Part shown: in pieces, positions 11,726 through 20,948 of the stretch
How the letters are laid out: the number at the start of each line of letters is the position of its first letter
Numbering within the stretch: position 1 is the stretch's first letter
Assembly (NCBI GenBank): GCA_038209745.1
Contig: JBBQXJ010000037.1
Span: forward strand, 1 to 43,889
Reading direction: 5' to 3'
DNA length: 43,889 nt
From: Verrucomicrobiota bacterium
GTDB lineage: Bacteria > Verrucomicrobiota > Verrucomicrobiia > Limisphaerales > CANJSG01
Notes under the pieces: model-generated
Told to the model about the DNA's origin: nothing
The model's input: only the letters and a program-made list of their open reading frames with translations
The model's database searches: none
Made by a program: the position numbers and the translations under genes

Positions 11726-13642
11726 CTATTCCCGCAGTCGAACCACCCGGTTGTCCCGCTGTTCCAGGAGCATCCGGAAACGTTCCGTATCGAAACCTCC
11801 ACCCGGCGTTCCGAGCAGCGCGGGAGATCCTTCCGCGCTGGGCCGGATCGAGACCCAGCGGCTGAGCAACTGGTCCCGCATTGAAAGCCTGGCCTCCGGC
11901 GGGACAACCGGATCAAAGACCGATGTCTCGAATCCTTCCAGCCGCTTGAGCGAACGACCGCCGATGATCCGGACCGCCGTATAACGGTCGTCCAGCAACT
12001 GCCCGAGGAACGGCGCGATCCAGTTCGTCCCCGCCGCCTGCTTGGCCGGTTCCCAGCCAAAATACCAAGCGGTCAACGCCCTCAGGCCCGCGTCGCCTTT
12101 CAAGGTCCACAGCACGCCCGCCGCGGTGTCCGTTTGTTCGGGCGCCATTTTCGGCACCGGCTGTTTGAACCAGTCCTGGAGATGGCGGGCCGTCCACGAC
12201 AACGGCTTGTCCAGATGGCAGAGGTTGCAGGCGTTGGGCCTCCCGGTGGCCAGCTCATCCGCAACCTTGGGACTGGAAACCTGGTGGCTGCGAATCGCCT
12301 TGAGCACTCCGTAGGTCGTGTGCGGCATGTGGCAGTTGTAGCAGAGCGAACCGGCCGACCCGGCCGCGTGCCGCGTGTGGGCCGGAATGTCGGCACCCAG
12401 CGTTTCGTGGCATTGCAGGCAGGCTTGGTTGCCTTCCATGGCGTGCCCCAGCTGGTCGTCGGGATCGCTCTTGTGCATGGAATGGCAGGAGAGGCAGGAA
12501 AGCTTCTTCGCTCCTGTGCCGCGCTGAAAACAGGGCGACTCGATCAAGCCGTTGAACTCCCTTCCGGACACCCGGATCATGCCGTCCTTCCAAAAGAATT
12601 CATCGAGCAGCGCAGGATAACGGTCGACGGCGGCCTTGAGCCACGGCTGTTTGTTGATCTGGGTCGGGCGCATCACGGGAGTGGTCTTCTCGAGGTCGTC
12701 CCCCGGCCGGTAGGTGAACCCGGTGGTCGACCAGGGCTCCGACTTGTCGAACCACTTCATCGAATGGCAATAGCCACAGATCTGGGAGGCACGCAGCGGG
12801 GCGAGATGTTCGGGATGGACGATGGTCGGGTCGCGTTTCCCCGGCTGCAACGAGGTGCGACCGCCCTCTTTTTCCGCCTTCCAGTGGGTCGCGTGCGTTT
12901 CTCCCGGTCCATGGCAGGCCTCGCAGGAGATGCCTAAATCAGCGACCCTCGTCTTGAACAACTGGGCGCTCGCATCCCAACCGGGTTGAGCACCGGTGCT
13001 GTGGCAACGGGCGCAGGTGCCGTTCCAGACCTCGATGGTCACGTCCGCGTCGGGATCGCGGATGAAGGTGCCGTGCCGCGGCACCCAGCGGTGCTCCTCG
13101 TTCAACCAGGTGAACGGGAAGCCGACATGGGCGTTGCCGGCGTTGCCGCCTGCGACCCAGAAAACCTGCATCTGGTGTGAGCCGGTCACGAGGCTGGGCT
13201 GCACCCGAATGCCCGGCGGGGCAGCGCCGTTGGCACCCACCGGAATATCCAGGTCGACGATCGTGATCCAACGGTTGGTGCCCTCCATGGAGAGGTGGAA
13301 CTCCTCCGAACCAAGACTCAGCACCGGACCGTTGAAGTCGGCATAGATCCGATCTCCGTCCGGCCGTTGCGTCATGGTGCGGTGAAAGGACCGGTGCCAG
13401 CTCTTGTGCTGCTCGGCATGGCATCGGCCGCAGGCTTCGGCTCCGATGTAGCCTTCGGGCCGGCCCTCCGGTCGCACGGCGGCCGATACCGGATGAACGG
13501 CCGAACCGCCGGAGAAATCCACGACCGGCCTCGGCGACTCCTTGCCGCAGCCGTCCAAAATCAACAGGACGATCCCCAGCGAGCCGACCATGCCGCACCC
13601 GATCAGGGCGCGAAGGAACTGGTTGGATTGCCGCGGAGACAT
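11726..13642 (-). CDS. Exported multiheme c-type cytochrome (8 CxxCH)
   Basis: CGRCH, CARCH, CEACH, CGYCH, CLSCH, CLQCH, CYNCH, CNLCH; N-terminal hydrophobic segment ending LDGC. Confidence 0.9.
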   Translation of the reverse strand: MSPRQSNQFLRALIGCGMVGSLGIVLLILDGCGKESPRPVVDFSGGSAVHPVSAAVRPEGRPEGYIGAEACGRCHAEQHKSWHRSFHRTMTQRPDGDRIYADFNGPVLSLGSEEFHLSMEGTNRWITIVDLDIPVGANGAAPPGIRVQPSLVTGSHQMQVFWVAGGNAGNAHVGFPFTWLNEEHRWVPRHGTFIRDPDADVTIEVWNGTCARCHSTGAQPGWDASAQLFKTRVADLGISCEACHGPGETHATHWKAEKEGGRTSLQPGKRDPTIVHPEHLAPLRASQICGYCHSMKWFDKSEPWSTTGFTYRPGDDLEKTTPVMRPTQINKQPWLKAAVDRYPALLDEFFWKDGMIRVSGREFNGLIESPCFQRGTGAKKLSCLSCHSMHKSDPDDQLGHAMEGNQACLQCHETLGADIPAHTRHAAGSAGSLCYNCHMPHTTYGVLKAIRSHQVSSPKVADELATGRPNACNLCHLDKPLSWTARHLQDWFKQPVPKMAPEQTDTAAGVLWTLKGDAGLRALTAWYFGWEPAKQAAGTNWIAPFLGQLLDDRYTAVRIIGGRSLKRLEGFETSVFDPVVPPEARLSMRDQLLSRWVSIRPSAEGSPALLGTPGGGFDTERFRMLLEQRDNRVVRLRE

Positions 13643-13730
13643 GGTTCCGGATTAGGCCGCCGGGCGGGCTGAAGCAAGCCCGCAGCGAGCGAGGCCCCAT
13701 CACCAACGCGTCAAACGTGGACCAAGCGCG

Positions 13731-14675
13731 CTATTCGCCGGTCGTTCGATGGACTAGGTTTTCCGCGACGGATCGGCATAGCCCGACGAAGGTCTCCTCG
13801 GCCAACGTCATCCGCCGGCCCTTCCAGTGCATCACGCCCCAGCTCCGAACCAGCTTCCGCCGCCCCAGCGCCAGGGCCACCAACGAACCGTCCGCGAGTT
13901 CATCCTCGCAGATCCAGGGAGCGAGGATGCTCACGCCGAGCCCCAGCTTCACCAGTTCCTTGATCGCCTCCATGCTGCCCAGCTCGATGAAGGAGTGCAG
14001 CACCACGCGATCCTCACGGAAGTATTCATCCACCAGGCGAAAAGTCTGGCTGTTGCGGTTGTAGAGCACGTAGTTCTGCTTCGCCACTTCGGCGCGGTCC
14101 ACTTTTCCGGCCAGGGCCCACGGATGCATCGGCGGCAGGATGAAGACCAGGTCGTCCTTGAAGATCGGGATGAACTCCACGCTCTCTTCGCGGCGCGGCT
14201 CCAACGCCAGGGCCAAATCGATGCGGCTGTCGCGCAACGCGCCGAGCGCATCGGGGGTGTCGCCCGGCTCGATCGCGATCTGATAGTCGGGGAATGATTC
14301 CTTAAACTCCCGCAACACCGCCGGCAGGATATATTGGCAGGCGGTCGGCGTGGCCCCGATGCGGAGCCGGCCCTTGCCCCACTTGCCCAGATGCGCGAGC
14401 GAGGTCTTCGCGGCGGCCATCTCCCGGAAAATCTTTTCCACATGATGATGGAGCTGCTCGCCCGCCTGCGTGAGGACCACCTTTTTCGTCAGCCTGTCAA
14501 AAACTCGACAGCCGACCGCTTCCTCCAACGCACGGATGGAGTGGCTCACCGCCGACTGCGACAGGTTCAGTTCCCGCGCCGCCAGAGTGAAACTACCCGC
14601 CTTGGCGAGGCGGAGAAACGCGAGGAGCTGCCTGCTATCAAGCGGCTCGTTGGTCCATGAATCCGGTTCATTCAT
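13731..14675 (-). CDS. LysR-family transcriptional regulator
   Basis: SFTLAARELNLSQSAVSHSIRALE HTH, LTQAGE, MEAIKELVKLGLGVSIL; divergent from the nitrate operon; start uncertain. Confidence 0.93.
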   Translation of the reverse strand: MNEPDSWTNEPLDSRQLLAFLRLAKAGSFTLAARELNLSQSAVSHSIRALEEAVGCRVFDRLTKKVVLTQAGEQLHHHVEKIFREMAAAKTSLAHLGKWGKGRLRIGATPTACQYILPAVLREFKESFPDYQIAIEPGDTPDALGALRDSRIDLALALEPRREESVEFIPIFKDDLVFILPPMHPWALAGKVDRAEVAKQNYVLYNRNSQTFRLVDEYFREDRVVLHSFIELGSMEAIKELVKLGLGVSILAPWICEDELADGSLVALALGRRKLVRSWGVMHWKGRRMTLAEETFVGLCRSVAENLVHRTTGE

Positions 14676-14692
14676 TCGATGAGCTTTATCGG
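14657..14692. promoter_or_regulatory. LysR-type T-N11-A box ATGAA-N5-TTCAT plus a second degenerate ATGA box
   Basis: Palindrome ATGAATCCGGTTCAT at 14657-14671; ATGAGCTTTATCGG at 14679. Confidence 0.6.
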
Positions 14693-14720
14693 GAGCACGA
14701 ATTGGACCCGTCACCGGACA

Positions 14721-14736
14721 TGGCACCATCGCAGCT
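14721..14736 (+). promoter_or_regulatory. Putative sigma54 -24/-12 promoter
   Basis: TGGCAC-CATCG-CAGCT with exact GG-N10-GC spacing, just upstream of ATG 14751. Confidence 0.6.
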
Positions 14737-14750
14737 AGGTGGGCCGCCAG

Positions 14751-15857
14751 ATGGCGATCATTGGACAAATAGACGCACCGGGCTTCCGCCCCCTCCGCTC
14801 GGGCCGAGGCACCCAGCGACTGAAGCTGGGCTTCGTGCCGTTGTGCGACTGCGCTCCATTGGTCGTCGCGCAGGAACGCGGCTTCTTCGCGTCTCACGAT
14901 CTGAAGGTCGAACTCGTCCGCGAGATAGGATGGGCGACCGTGCGCGACAAGCTCGTCCACGGCGAACTGGACGCCTCCCACACGCCCGCCGGTCTGCCCC
15001 TCGCCTGCACCCTCGGCCTCGGCTGCGTGCCCACGCCCTGCCTCACCGCGCTCGTCCTGAATCTCCAGGGCAACGCCATCACCCTCTCCGGCTCGCTCTG
15101 GGAGAAGGGCGTGCGGGACGCCGCCACTCTCGGCGAATGGTTCCGCAGCGAACGCCGCCGAGAACCGCTCAGCTTCGGCATCGTCTTTCCCTTCTCATCC
15201 CATCGTTTCCTTTTGGAGAAGTGGCTCCGCACCGGCGGCCTCCTGCCGGAGCGCGATGTCCGATTCGTCGTCGCGCCGCCATCCCAGATGCCCACCAATC
15301 TCAAGGCCGGCCACCTCGCCGGCTTCTGCGCCGGTGAACCGTGGAACTCGGTCGTCGTCCAAGCCGGCGACGGCTGGTGTCCCGCGACCAGCGCCGAGCT
15401 CGCACCCGGCCATCCGGAAAAGGTCCTGATGGTCCGTCAGGCCTTCGCCGACCAAAACCACGACACCCACCTCCGTCTCGTCGCCGCGATCCTCGCCGCT
15501 TGCCGCTACTGCTCCGATCCCGCCCACCACGACGACATCGCGAAACTCATCGCCCAGCGCCGCTACGTGAACGCACCGGTGGATCTCGTTCGCCGCAGCT
15601 TCGGCGCCCGCTTCGATCCGGGCTACGGCCGCCCCTCGCCCTCCGGACCTTTCACCGTCTACCACGACCAGGACTGCAACGCCCCGTCGCTTGAAGGCGG
15701 CGCGTGGGTTCTCCGCCACTGCCTGCCCGCTCCCGTCGCAGGCCGCAGTTTTTCCCAGACCGTCCAGAATTCGTTCCGCGCCGATCTCTTCGAACAGGCC
15801 GCCTCCCTGGCTCCCGGAGACTCCGCCCACTCCAGCCGATCTCTCAACCCCGCCTAA
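14751..15857 (+). CDS. CmpA/NrtA-fold protein without signal peptide (NasS-like cytoplasmic nitrate sensor)
   Basis: [38 protein letters not shown]; no hydrophobic N-terminus. Confidence 0.85.
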   Translation: MAIIGQIDAPGFRPLRSGRGTQRLKLGFVPLCDCAPLVVAQERGFFASHDLKVELVREIGWATVRDKLVHGELDASHTPAGLPLACTLGLGCVPTPCLTALVLNLQGNAITLSGSLWEKGVRDAATLGEWFRSERRREPLSFGIVFPFSSHRFLLEKWLRTGGLLPERDVRFVVAPPSQMPTNLKAGHLAGFCAGEPWNSVVVQAGDGWCPATSAELAPGHPEKVLMVRQAFADQNHDTHLRLVAAILAACRYCSDPAHHDDIAKLIAQRRYVNAPVDLVRRSFGARFDPGYGRPSPSGPFTVYHDQDCNAPSLEGGAWVLRHCLPAPVAGRSFSQTVQNSFRADLFEQAASLAPGDSAHSSRSLNPA

Positions 15858-15876
15858 GAGCCACCCACCAAGCCGC

Positions 15877-17253
15877 ATGAACCCACCCTCCGTGATACTT
15901 TCCCATCGGCCGGCCGCCTGTCCCAGGTTCCTCTCCACGACGTTCGGCGTCTGGCTCGCCGCAGTCGCCCTCGCCTCCGGCCTTCCGCTCCACGCGGCCA
16001 AGATCGAGAAGGAAGACCTCAAGTTCGGCTTCATCAAGCTGACCGACTGTGTCCCCATCGTCATCGCCAAGGAAAAGGGCTACTTCGAGGAGGAAGGCCT
16101 CTACGTCACCGTCGAAGCCCAGGCCAACTGGAAGATCCTCCTCGACCGCGTCATCTCCGGTGAACTCGACGGCGCCCACATGCTCGCCGGCCAACCCATC
16201 GCCGCCACCATCGGCTTCGGCACCAAGGCCGAGATCATCACGCCCTTCAGCATGGACCTGAACGGCAACGGCATCACCGTCTCCAAGGAGATCTGGGAGA
16301 AGATGGTCGCCGGCAATCCCGACCTGAAGGGCGACCATCCCAAGCGCCCGGTGAAGGCCGATTCGCTCCTGCCCATCGTCAAGGAGTTCAAAAACAAAGG
16401 CACGCCGCTCAAGCTCGGCATGGTCTTCCCCGTCTCGACCCACAACTACGAATTGCGCTACTGGCTCGCCGCCGGCGGCATCAGCCCCGGCTACTACACG
16501 CCGGCCGACATCAACGGCAACACGGACGCCGACACGTTGCTCTCCGTCACCCCGCCGCCCCAGATGCCGGCCACGCTCGCCCAAGGAACCATCCAGGGCT
16601 ATTGCGTCGGCGAACCCTGGAACCAGCAAGCGGTGCTCAAAGGAATCGGCGTCTCCGTCATCACCGACTACGAGATCTGGAAGGACAATCCTGAGAAGGT
16701 TTTTGGCGTGACCAAGAAGTGGGCCGAGGCGAATCCCAACACCATGACCGCCGTCACCAAAGCCCTCATCCGCGCCTGCAAATGGCTCGACGAAAAACCC
16801 GAGAACCGGGTCGAGGCCTGCAAGATCCTCAGCAAGTCCGAATACGTCGGTGCGGACTACAACGTCATCGCCAACTCGATGACCGGCACGTGGGAATACT
16901 TCAAGGGCGACAAGCGCGAGCTCCCCGACTTCAACGTCTTCTTCCGCCACAACGCCACCTATCCCTACTACAGCGACTGCATCTGGTATCTCACCCAGAT
17001 GCGCCGCTGGGGCCAGATCAACGAAGCCAAATCGGACGAGTGGTATGTCGAAACCGCCAAGAAGGTCTATCGCCCCGACCTCTATCTGATCGCCGCCAAG
17101 CAACTGGTCAAGGAAGGCAAGCTGAAGGAATCCGAAGTCCCCACGACCGACGGCTTCAAGCCCGCCACCGCCGAGTTCATCGACGGCATCGAATACGACG
17201 GCAAGAAGCCGAACGACTACATCAAGAAGTTCCCCATCGGCCGCAAGGACTGA
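15877..17253 (+). CDS. nrtA: Nitrate ABC transporter periplasmic binding protein (NrtA/NasF)
   Basis: Signal peptide, [44 protein letters not shown]. Confidence 0.93.
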   Translation: MNPPSVILSHRPAACPRFLSTTFGVWLAAVALASGLPLHAAKIEKEDLKFGFIKLTDCVPIVIAKEKGYFEEEGLYVTVEAQANWKILLDRVISGELDGAHMLAGQPIAATIGFGTKAEIITPFSMDLNGNGITVSKEIWEKMVAGNPDLKGDHPKRPVKADSLLPIVKEFKNKGTPLKLGMVFPVSTHNYELRYWLAAGGISPGYYTPADINGNTDADTLLSVTPPPQMPATLAQGTIQGYCVGEPWNQQAVLKGIGVSVITDYEIWKDNPEKVFGVTKKWAEANPNTMTAVTKALIRACKWLDEKPENRVEACKILSKSEYVGADYNVIANSMTGTWEYFKGDKRELPDFNVFFRHNATYPYYSDCIWYLTQMRRWGQINEAKSDEWYVETAKKVYRPDLYLIAAKQLVKEGKLKESEVPTTDGFKPATAEFIDGIEYDGKKPNDYIKKFPIGRKD

Positions 17254-17257
17254 GCGG

Positions 17258-17404
17258 ATGATCGACGCGCGGCTCGTTGAAGCGACGCGTCCCCTCACCC
17301 GCCCTGTCGGTCACCTCCTCCCCATCCGATGGGAAGAGGGCCGGGGTTGGCCACACAATCCCGATCTAGCCACGAAGACCTGTTTCCGAAGGACCAAACC
17401 ATGA
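17258..17404 (+). other. Bridge ORF 1 (48 aa) across a repeat-containing spacer
   Basis: Hand-translated: ATG 4 nt after the nrtA stop, open to TGA 17402-17404 overlapping nrtB ATG 17401. Confidence 0.5.
17291..17347. repeat. Palindromic CCCATCCGATGGG / GAGGGCCGGGGT repeat element
   Basis: Related copy at 30449-30487. Confidence 0.75.
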
Positions 17405-18390
17405 GTGAACCCGAATCCGAATCCACCCCGTTGCTCCAGCGTTGGCTGAAGAAACAGTCGCCGGAGCAGATCGTTCGCGCCCTCGCGGCGAACGTCGGTG
17501 TTCCGCTCCTCGCCATCGCCATCTTCCTGGGTTGCTGGTCGTTCGTCGCGGCCCACATCAAGGTCAGCTTCGGCCAGCTTCCGGGACCGGTGTCCGTCAT
17601 GGAACAGGCCAAGGGGATGTGGGCCGAGCACCGCATCGAGCGGGACAAGGAAACCGCCTTCTACAAACGCCAGGCCGAACGCAAGGCCAAGACCCTCGCC
17701 GAAGATCCGAACGCCGAATGGAAGGAGCGCAAATACGCCGGCAAGCCGACCTACATCGACCAGATCTTCACCAGTCTCCTCACCGTGTTCACCGGCTTCA
17801 TCTTTGCGGCCGTCGTCGCCGTTCCCCTCGGGATCGTCTGCGGACTCAGCAAGGCCTTCAACACGGCCGTCAACCCGTTCATCCAGATCTTCAAGCCCGT
17901 CTCGCCCCTCGCCTGGTTGCCCATCGTCATGTTGATGGTCAGCGGTCTCTACAATCCTCCGGAGCCGATGTTCCAGAAGGCCTTCCTCACCTCCGCCATC
18001 ACCGTCGCGCTCTGCTCCCTTTGGCCCGCGCTCATCAACACCACGTTGGGCGTCGCCTCCATCGACCCGGACTACCTGAACGTCGCTAAGGTCCTGAAGC
18101 TCGGCTGGTTCAAGAAGGTCTTCAAGATCGTCATCCCCGCCGCCATGCCGCTCATCTTCACCGGCCTGCGCCTCTCGCTCTCGGTCGGCTGGATGGTGCT
18201 CATCGCCGCCGACATGCTCGCGCAGAATCCGGGCCTCGGGAAATTCGTCTGGGACATGTTCCAGAACGGCTCCAGCCAGACGCTTTCCCAGATCATGGTC
18301 GCCGTCTTCACCATCGGCCTCATCGGGTTTGCCCTCGATCGGATCATGCTCACGCTCCAGAAGGCCGTCAGCTTCGACAACAACCGGTAG
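17401..18390 (+). CDS. nrtB: Nitrate ABC transporter permease (NrtB/NasE)
   Basis: QIFKPVSPLAWLP, LINTTLGV, GWMVLIAADML; multiple TM helices. Confidence 0.93.
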   Translation: MSEPESESTPLLQRWLKKQSPEQIVRALAANVGVPLLAIAIFLGCWSFVAAHIKVSFGQLPGPVSVMEQAKGMWAEHRIERDKETAFYKRQAERKAKTLAEDPNAEWKERKYAGKPTYIDQIFTSLLTVFTGFIFAAVVAVPLGIVCGLSKAFNTAVNPFIQIFKPVSPLAWLPIVMLMVSGLYNPPEPMFQKAFLTSAITVALCSLWPALINTTLGVASIDPDYLNVAKVLKLGWFKKVFKIVIPAAMPLIFTGLRLSLSVGWMVLIAADMLAQNPGLGKFVWDMFQNGSSQTLSQIMVAVFTIGLIGFALDRIMLTLQKAVSFDNNR

Positions 18391-18392
18391 CC

Positions 18393-18572
18393 ATGGATCG
18401 CGCCCACACACCCCCACGGAACGGAGAAGCCCCATGGATGCAGCATCGTTTCGCGGCGACCAAGCCGGGCGTTCCCGGTGAGCCGTCCCCGTCTGCGCCG
18501 GAGACGCCCGATGCATCGTGGCCAAGAGGCACAGCCCGGCGGCGCACCCGTTTCACGGAGGCTTCTAGGTGA
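18393..18572 (+). other. Bridge ORF 2 (59 aa)
   Basis: Hand-translated: ATG 2 nt after the nrtB stop, open to TGA 18570-18572 overlapping GTG 18569. Confidence 0.5.
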
Positions 18573-19702
18573 CCCTTTTGACCGTCAGCTTCCTGCCGTT
18601 GACCGATGCAGCGCCGTTCCTCGTGGCCCAGGCCAAAGGCCTGTTCAAGCAGCAGGGCGTCGAGGTCGCGCTGCGGCGCGAATCCAGTTGGACCGCGCTG
18701 CGCGACGCCCTCAACAAAGGCACCTCCCAAGCCGCGCAGATCCTGTTCGGCATGCCGGCCGCCGCCGCCTGCGGCCTGCTCGGGGACAAACAGAAACCGC
18801 TCGTCGTTCCCTGGATTCTCAGCCGCAACGGCCAGGCCATCACGCTCAGCAACCGCCATCGTGGCGTGGTCACCAGCGACTCCTCCGCGCTCCTGGCGCT
18901 GGCCCGCGAACGCCGCGATGCCGGCCGGCCGCTCGTCTTCGGCCACACCCTCCGCGTCGGCACCCACGCGATGTGGCTCCGCTATTGGCTGGCGGCCGGG
19001 GGCATCCATCCGGACGAGGACGTCGCGCTCATCACCGTCCCGCCCCCGCAGATGGTCGGCAACATGAAGACCCGCAGCGTCGACGGGTTCTGCGTAGGCG
19101 AACCGTGGAACGCCCGCGCCATTTCCGAGGGTCTCGGCTACACCGCCGTCACCTCGCAGGAAATCTGGCCCGATCATCCGGAGAAGGTCTGCGCGTTCTC
19201 CGGGGAATTCGCCGAAGAGAATCCCGACACCGTCGTCGCCACCCTGAAATCGCTCCATCAAGCCGGCCTCTGGCTCGACGACGAAGCCAACCACGACGAA
19301 GCCGCCACGCTTCTCGCCCAGCCCGATTTCTTGAACTGCGACGCCGCTTGGATCCGCTGCCGCTTGGGACCCAAGGTCGACTATGGCGATGGCCGCACCC
19401 GTTCGCTCGACCACTCGCTCGTTTTCGCCAAAGGCGGCGTGAACCGGCCGTCTCCCGGCTACGCCGTTTGGTTTCTGACCCAGCTCCGACGCTGGGGCCT
19501 GCACTACGGCACGCCCGACTACTCCGGAGTTTCCACCCGCGTCATGCGGCCCGACATCTACGAACGGGTGGTCGCAGAACTCGGCCTCACCGACACCGAG
19601 CCGACAGATCCCAAGGAAGCGTTCTTCGACGGCAAGGTCTTCGATCCATCCGATCCCGAAGGCTACGCCACCGGCTTCACCCTCAAAACCCTCCTCGGCT
19701 GA
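18569..19702 (+). CDS. Second signal-less CmpA/NrtA-fold protein (like the NrtC C-terminal regulatory domain)
   Basis: [46 protein letters not shown]; an in-frame TAG directly upstream rules out a longer N-terminus. Confidence 0.88.
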   Translation: MTLLTVSFLPLTDAAPFLVAQAKGLFKQQGVEVALRRESSWTALRDALNKGTSQAAQILFGMPAAAACGLLGDKQKPLVVPWILSRNGQAITLSNRHRGVVTSDSSALLALARERRDAGRPLVFGHTLRVGTHAMWLRYWLAAGGIHPDEDVALITVPPPQMVGNMKTRSVDGFCVGEPWNARAISEGLGYTAVTSQEIWPDHPEKVCAFSGEFAEENPDTVVATLKSLHQAGLWLDDEANHDEAATLLAQPDFLNCDAAWIRCRLGPKVDYGDGRTRSLDHSLVFAKGGVNRPSPGYAVWFLTQLRRWGLHYGTPDYSGVSTRVMRPDIYERVVAELGLTDTEPTDPKEAFFDGKVFDPSDPEGYATGFTLKTLLG

Positions 19703-19707
19703 CGCGC

Positions 19708-20616
19708 ATGGCATTCCTCGAAATCAAAAACGGCTCGAAGACCTACCTCCGGGGCAGCAGCCGGACCGAGGTCTTGACCGACATCAACCTGGAGATCAAC
19801 GAGGGCGAGTTCGTCGCGATCATCGGCTACTCCGGCGCCGGCAAGAGCACGTTGATCAACTTCCTGACCGGCCTCGTGAAGTCGGACACCGGCAGCGTGA
19901 CCCTGGAAGGCAAACCCATCGAAGGCCCGGGCCCGGATCGAGGCATCATCTTCCAGAACTACTCCCTGCTCCCTTGGCTCAGCGTCTTCGGGAACATCGC
20001 CCTGGCCGTCGATCATATCTTCCCAAAGTGGTCCGCCGAAAAGCGTCGCGAACACATCGAGAAGCACATCGCGATGGTCAATCTCACTCCGGCCCGCGAC
20101 AAGAAGCCCCGAGAACTCTCCGGCGGCATGCGCCAGCGCGTCAGCGTCGCCCGCACGCTCGCGATCAGCCCGCGAATCCTGCTCATGGACGAACCCTTCG
20201 GCGCGCTCGACGCGTTGACCCGCGCCACGCTCCAACAGGAAACCCTCCAGATCTGGGAGGGCGACAAGAAGACCGTCGTGTTGATCACCAACGATCCCGA
20301 CGAAGCCATCCTCATGGCCGACCGCGTCATCCCCCTGACCGCCGGACCCAAGGCGACCCTCGGGCCCAGCATCCCCGTGACCTTGCCGCGACCCCGTCGC
20401 CGCGCCGAGCTGAACGAAAGCTACGACTTCAAACAGATCCGCGCCGAAGTGGTGGACTACCTCCTCAAAGCCACCGACCGGAAGAAGGGCGGTTCGACCG
20501 TTAATCTCGTGCTGCCCGACATCGAGCCGGAAGACCTCTCCAACCCGAGATCCTACGCCGGCCGCAAACGCCCCGTCCGCCGCAACGAGATCAAACAGGA
20601 AACGGTGAGCCAATGA
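19708..20616 (+). CDS. Nitrate ABC transporter ATP-binding subunit (NrtC/D-like)
   Basis: GYSGAGKST, LSGGMRQR, MDEPFGALD; the H-loop reads ITND. Confidence 0.93.
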   Translation: MAFLEIKNGSKTYLRGSSRTEVLTDINLEINEGEFVAIIGYSGAGKSTLINFLTGLVKSDTGSVTLEGKPIEGPGPDRGIIFQNYSLLPWLSVFGNIALAVDHIFPKWSAEKRREHIEKHIAMVNLTPARDKKPRELSGGMRQRVSVARTLAISPRILLMDEPFGALDALTRATLQQETLQIWEGDKKTVVLITNDPDEAILMADRVIPLTAGPKATLGPSIPVTLPRPRRRAELNESYDFKQIRAEVVDYLLKATDRKKGGSTVNLVLPDIEPEDLSNPRSYAGRKRPVRRNEIKQETVSQ

Positions 20617-20948
20617 CGATCTACGCTCCAGCTGCCAAGTCCGGTCCAGGTACCGATGTTCCATCCGAGGCCCAAAGGGCCCGAATCAATCCAGCCCAGG
20701 GCAACGCCCTTGGTGGCGGCGAACCCATCCGTCCGAGTCCTGAAAGGGCGGACTATCGAACACCCGTCTTCTTCGCGGCCCGTCTGCGCGCAACAGCAGC
20801 GGCAACACGCTCCTTGGGGGCTGGGTTCATCGGATTCCTGTTCCGAAAGCGACGCGCCGCTCTGCGCTGGATTGGATTGATTCCGGCCCGTTGGGCCTCC
20901 GTTCCCGCCAGTCACCAAGCGTTCGCCACAGACCATCGATCATCATGA
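20613..20948 (+). other. Bridge ORF 3 (111 aa), repeat-derived
   Basis: ATGA overlap with the upstream stop (20613-20616) and with the downstream start (20945-20948). Confidence 0.5.
20669..20754. repeat. Cluster of REP-like hairpins (GGCCC-AAA-GGGCC; AGCCCAGGGCAACGCCCTTGG; AGTCC-TGAAAGGGC-GGACT)
   Basis: Short palindromes read directly from the sequence. Confidence 0.65.

Noticed and set aside
11726..13642. NrfA or hydroxylamine oxidoreductase call for the multiheme protein
   Set aside because: No CxxCK motif and no recognisable HAO features; left as generic
14751..19702. Bicarbonate (Cmp) transporter
   Set aside because: PEK lysine in all three binding-fold proteins and adjacent nitrate/nitrite reductases favour nitrate
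18478..19707. Apparent 410-aa N-terminal extension of the ATPase (712-aa ORF)
   Set aside because: R/P-rich alternative frame over the NrtA-fold gene; the real start is ATG 19708 and there is no frameshift signal
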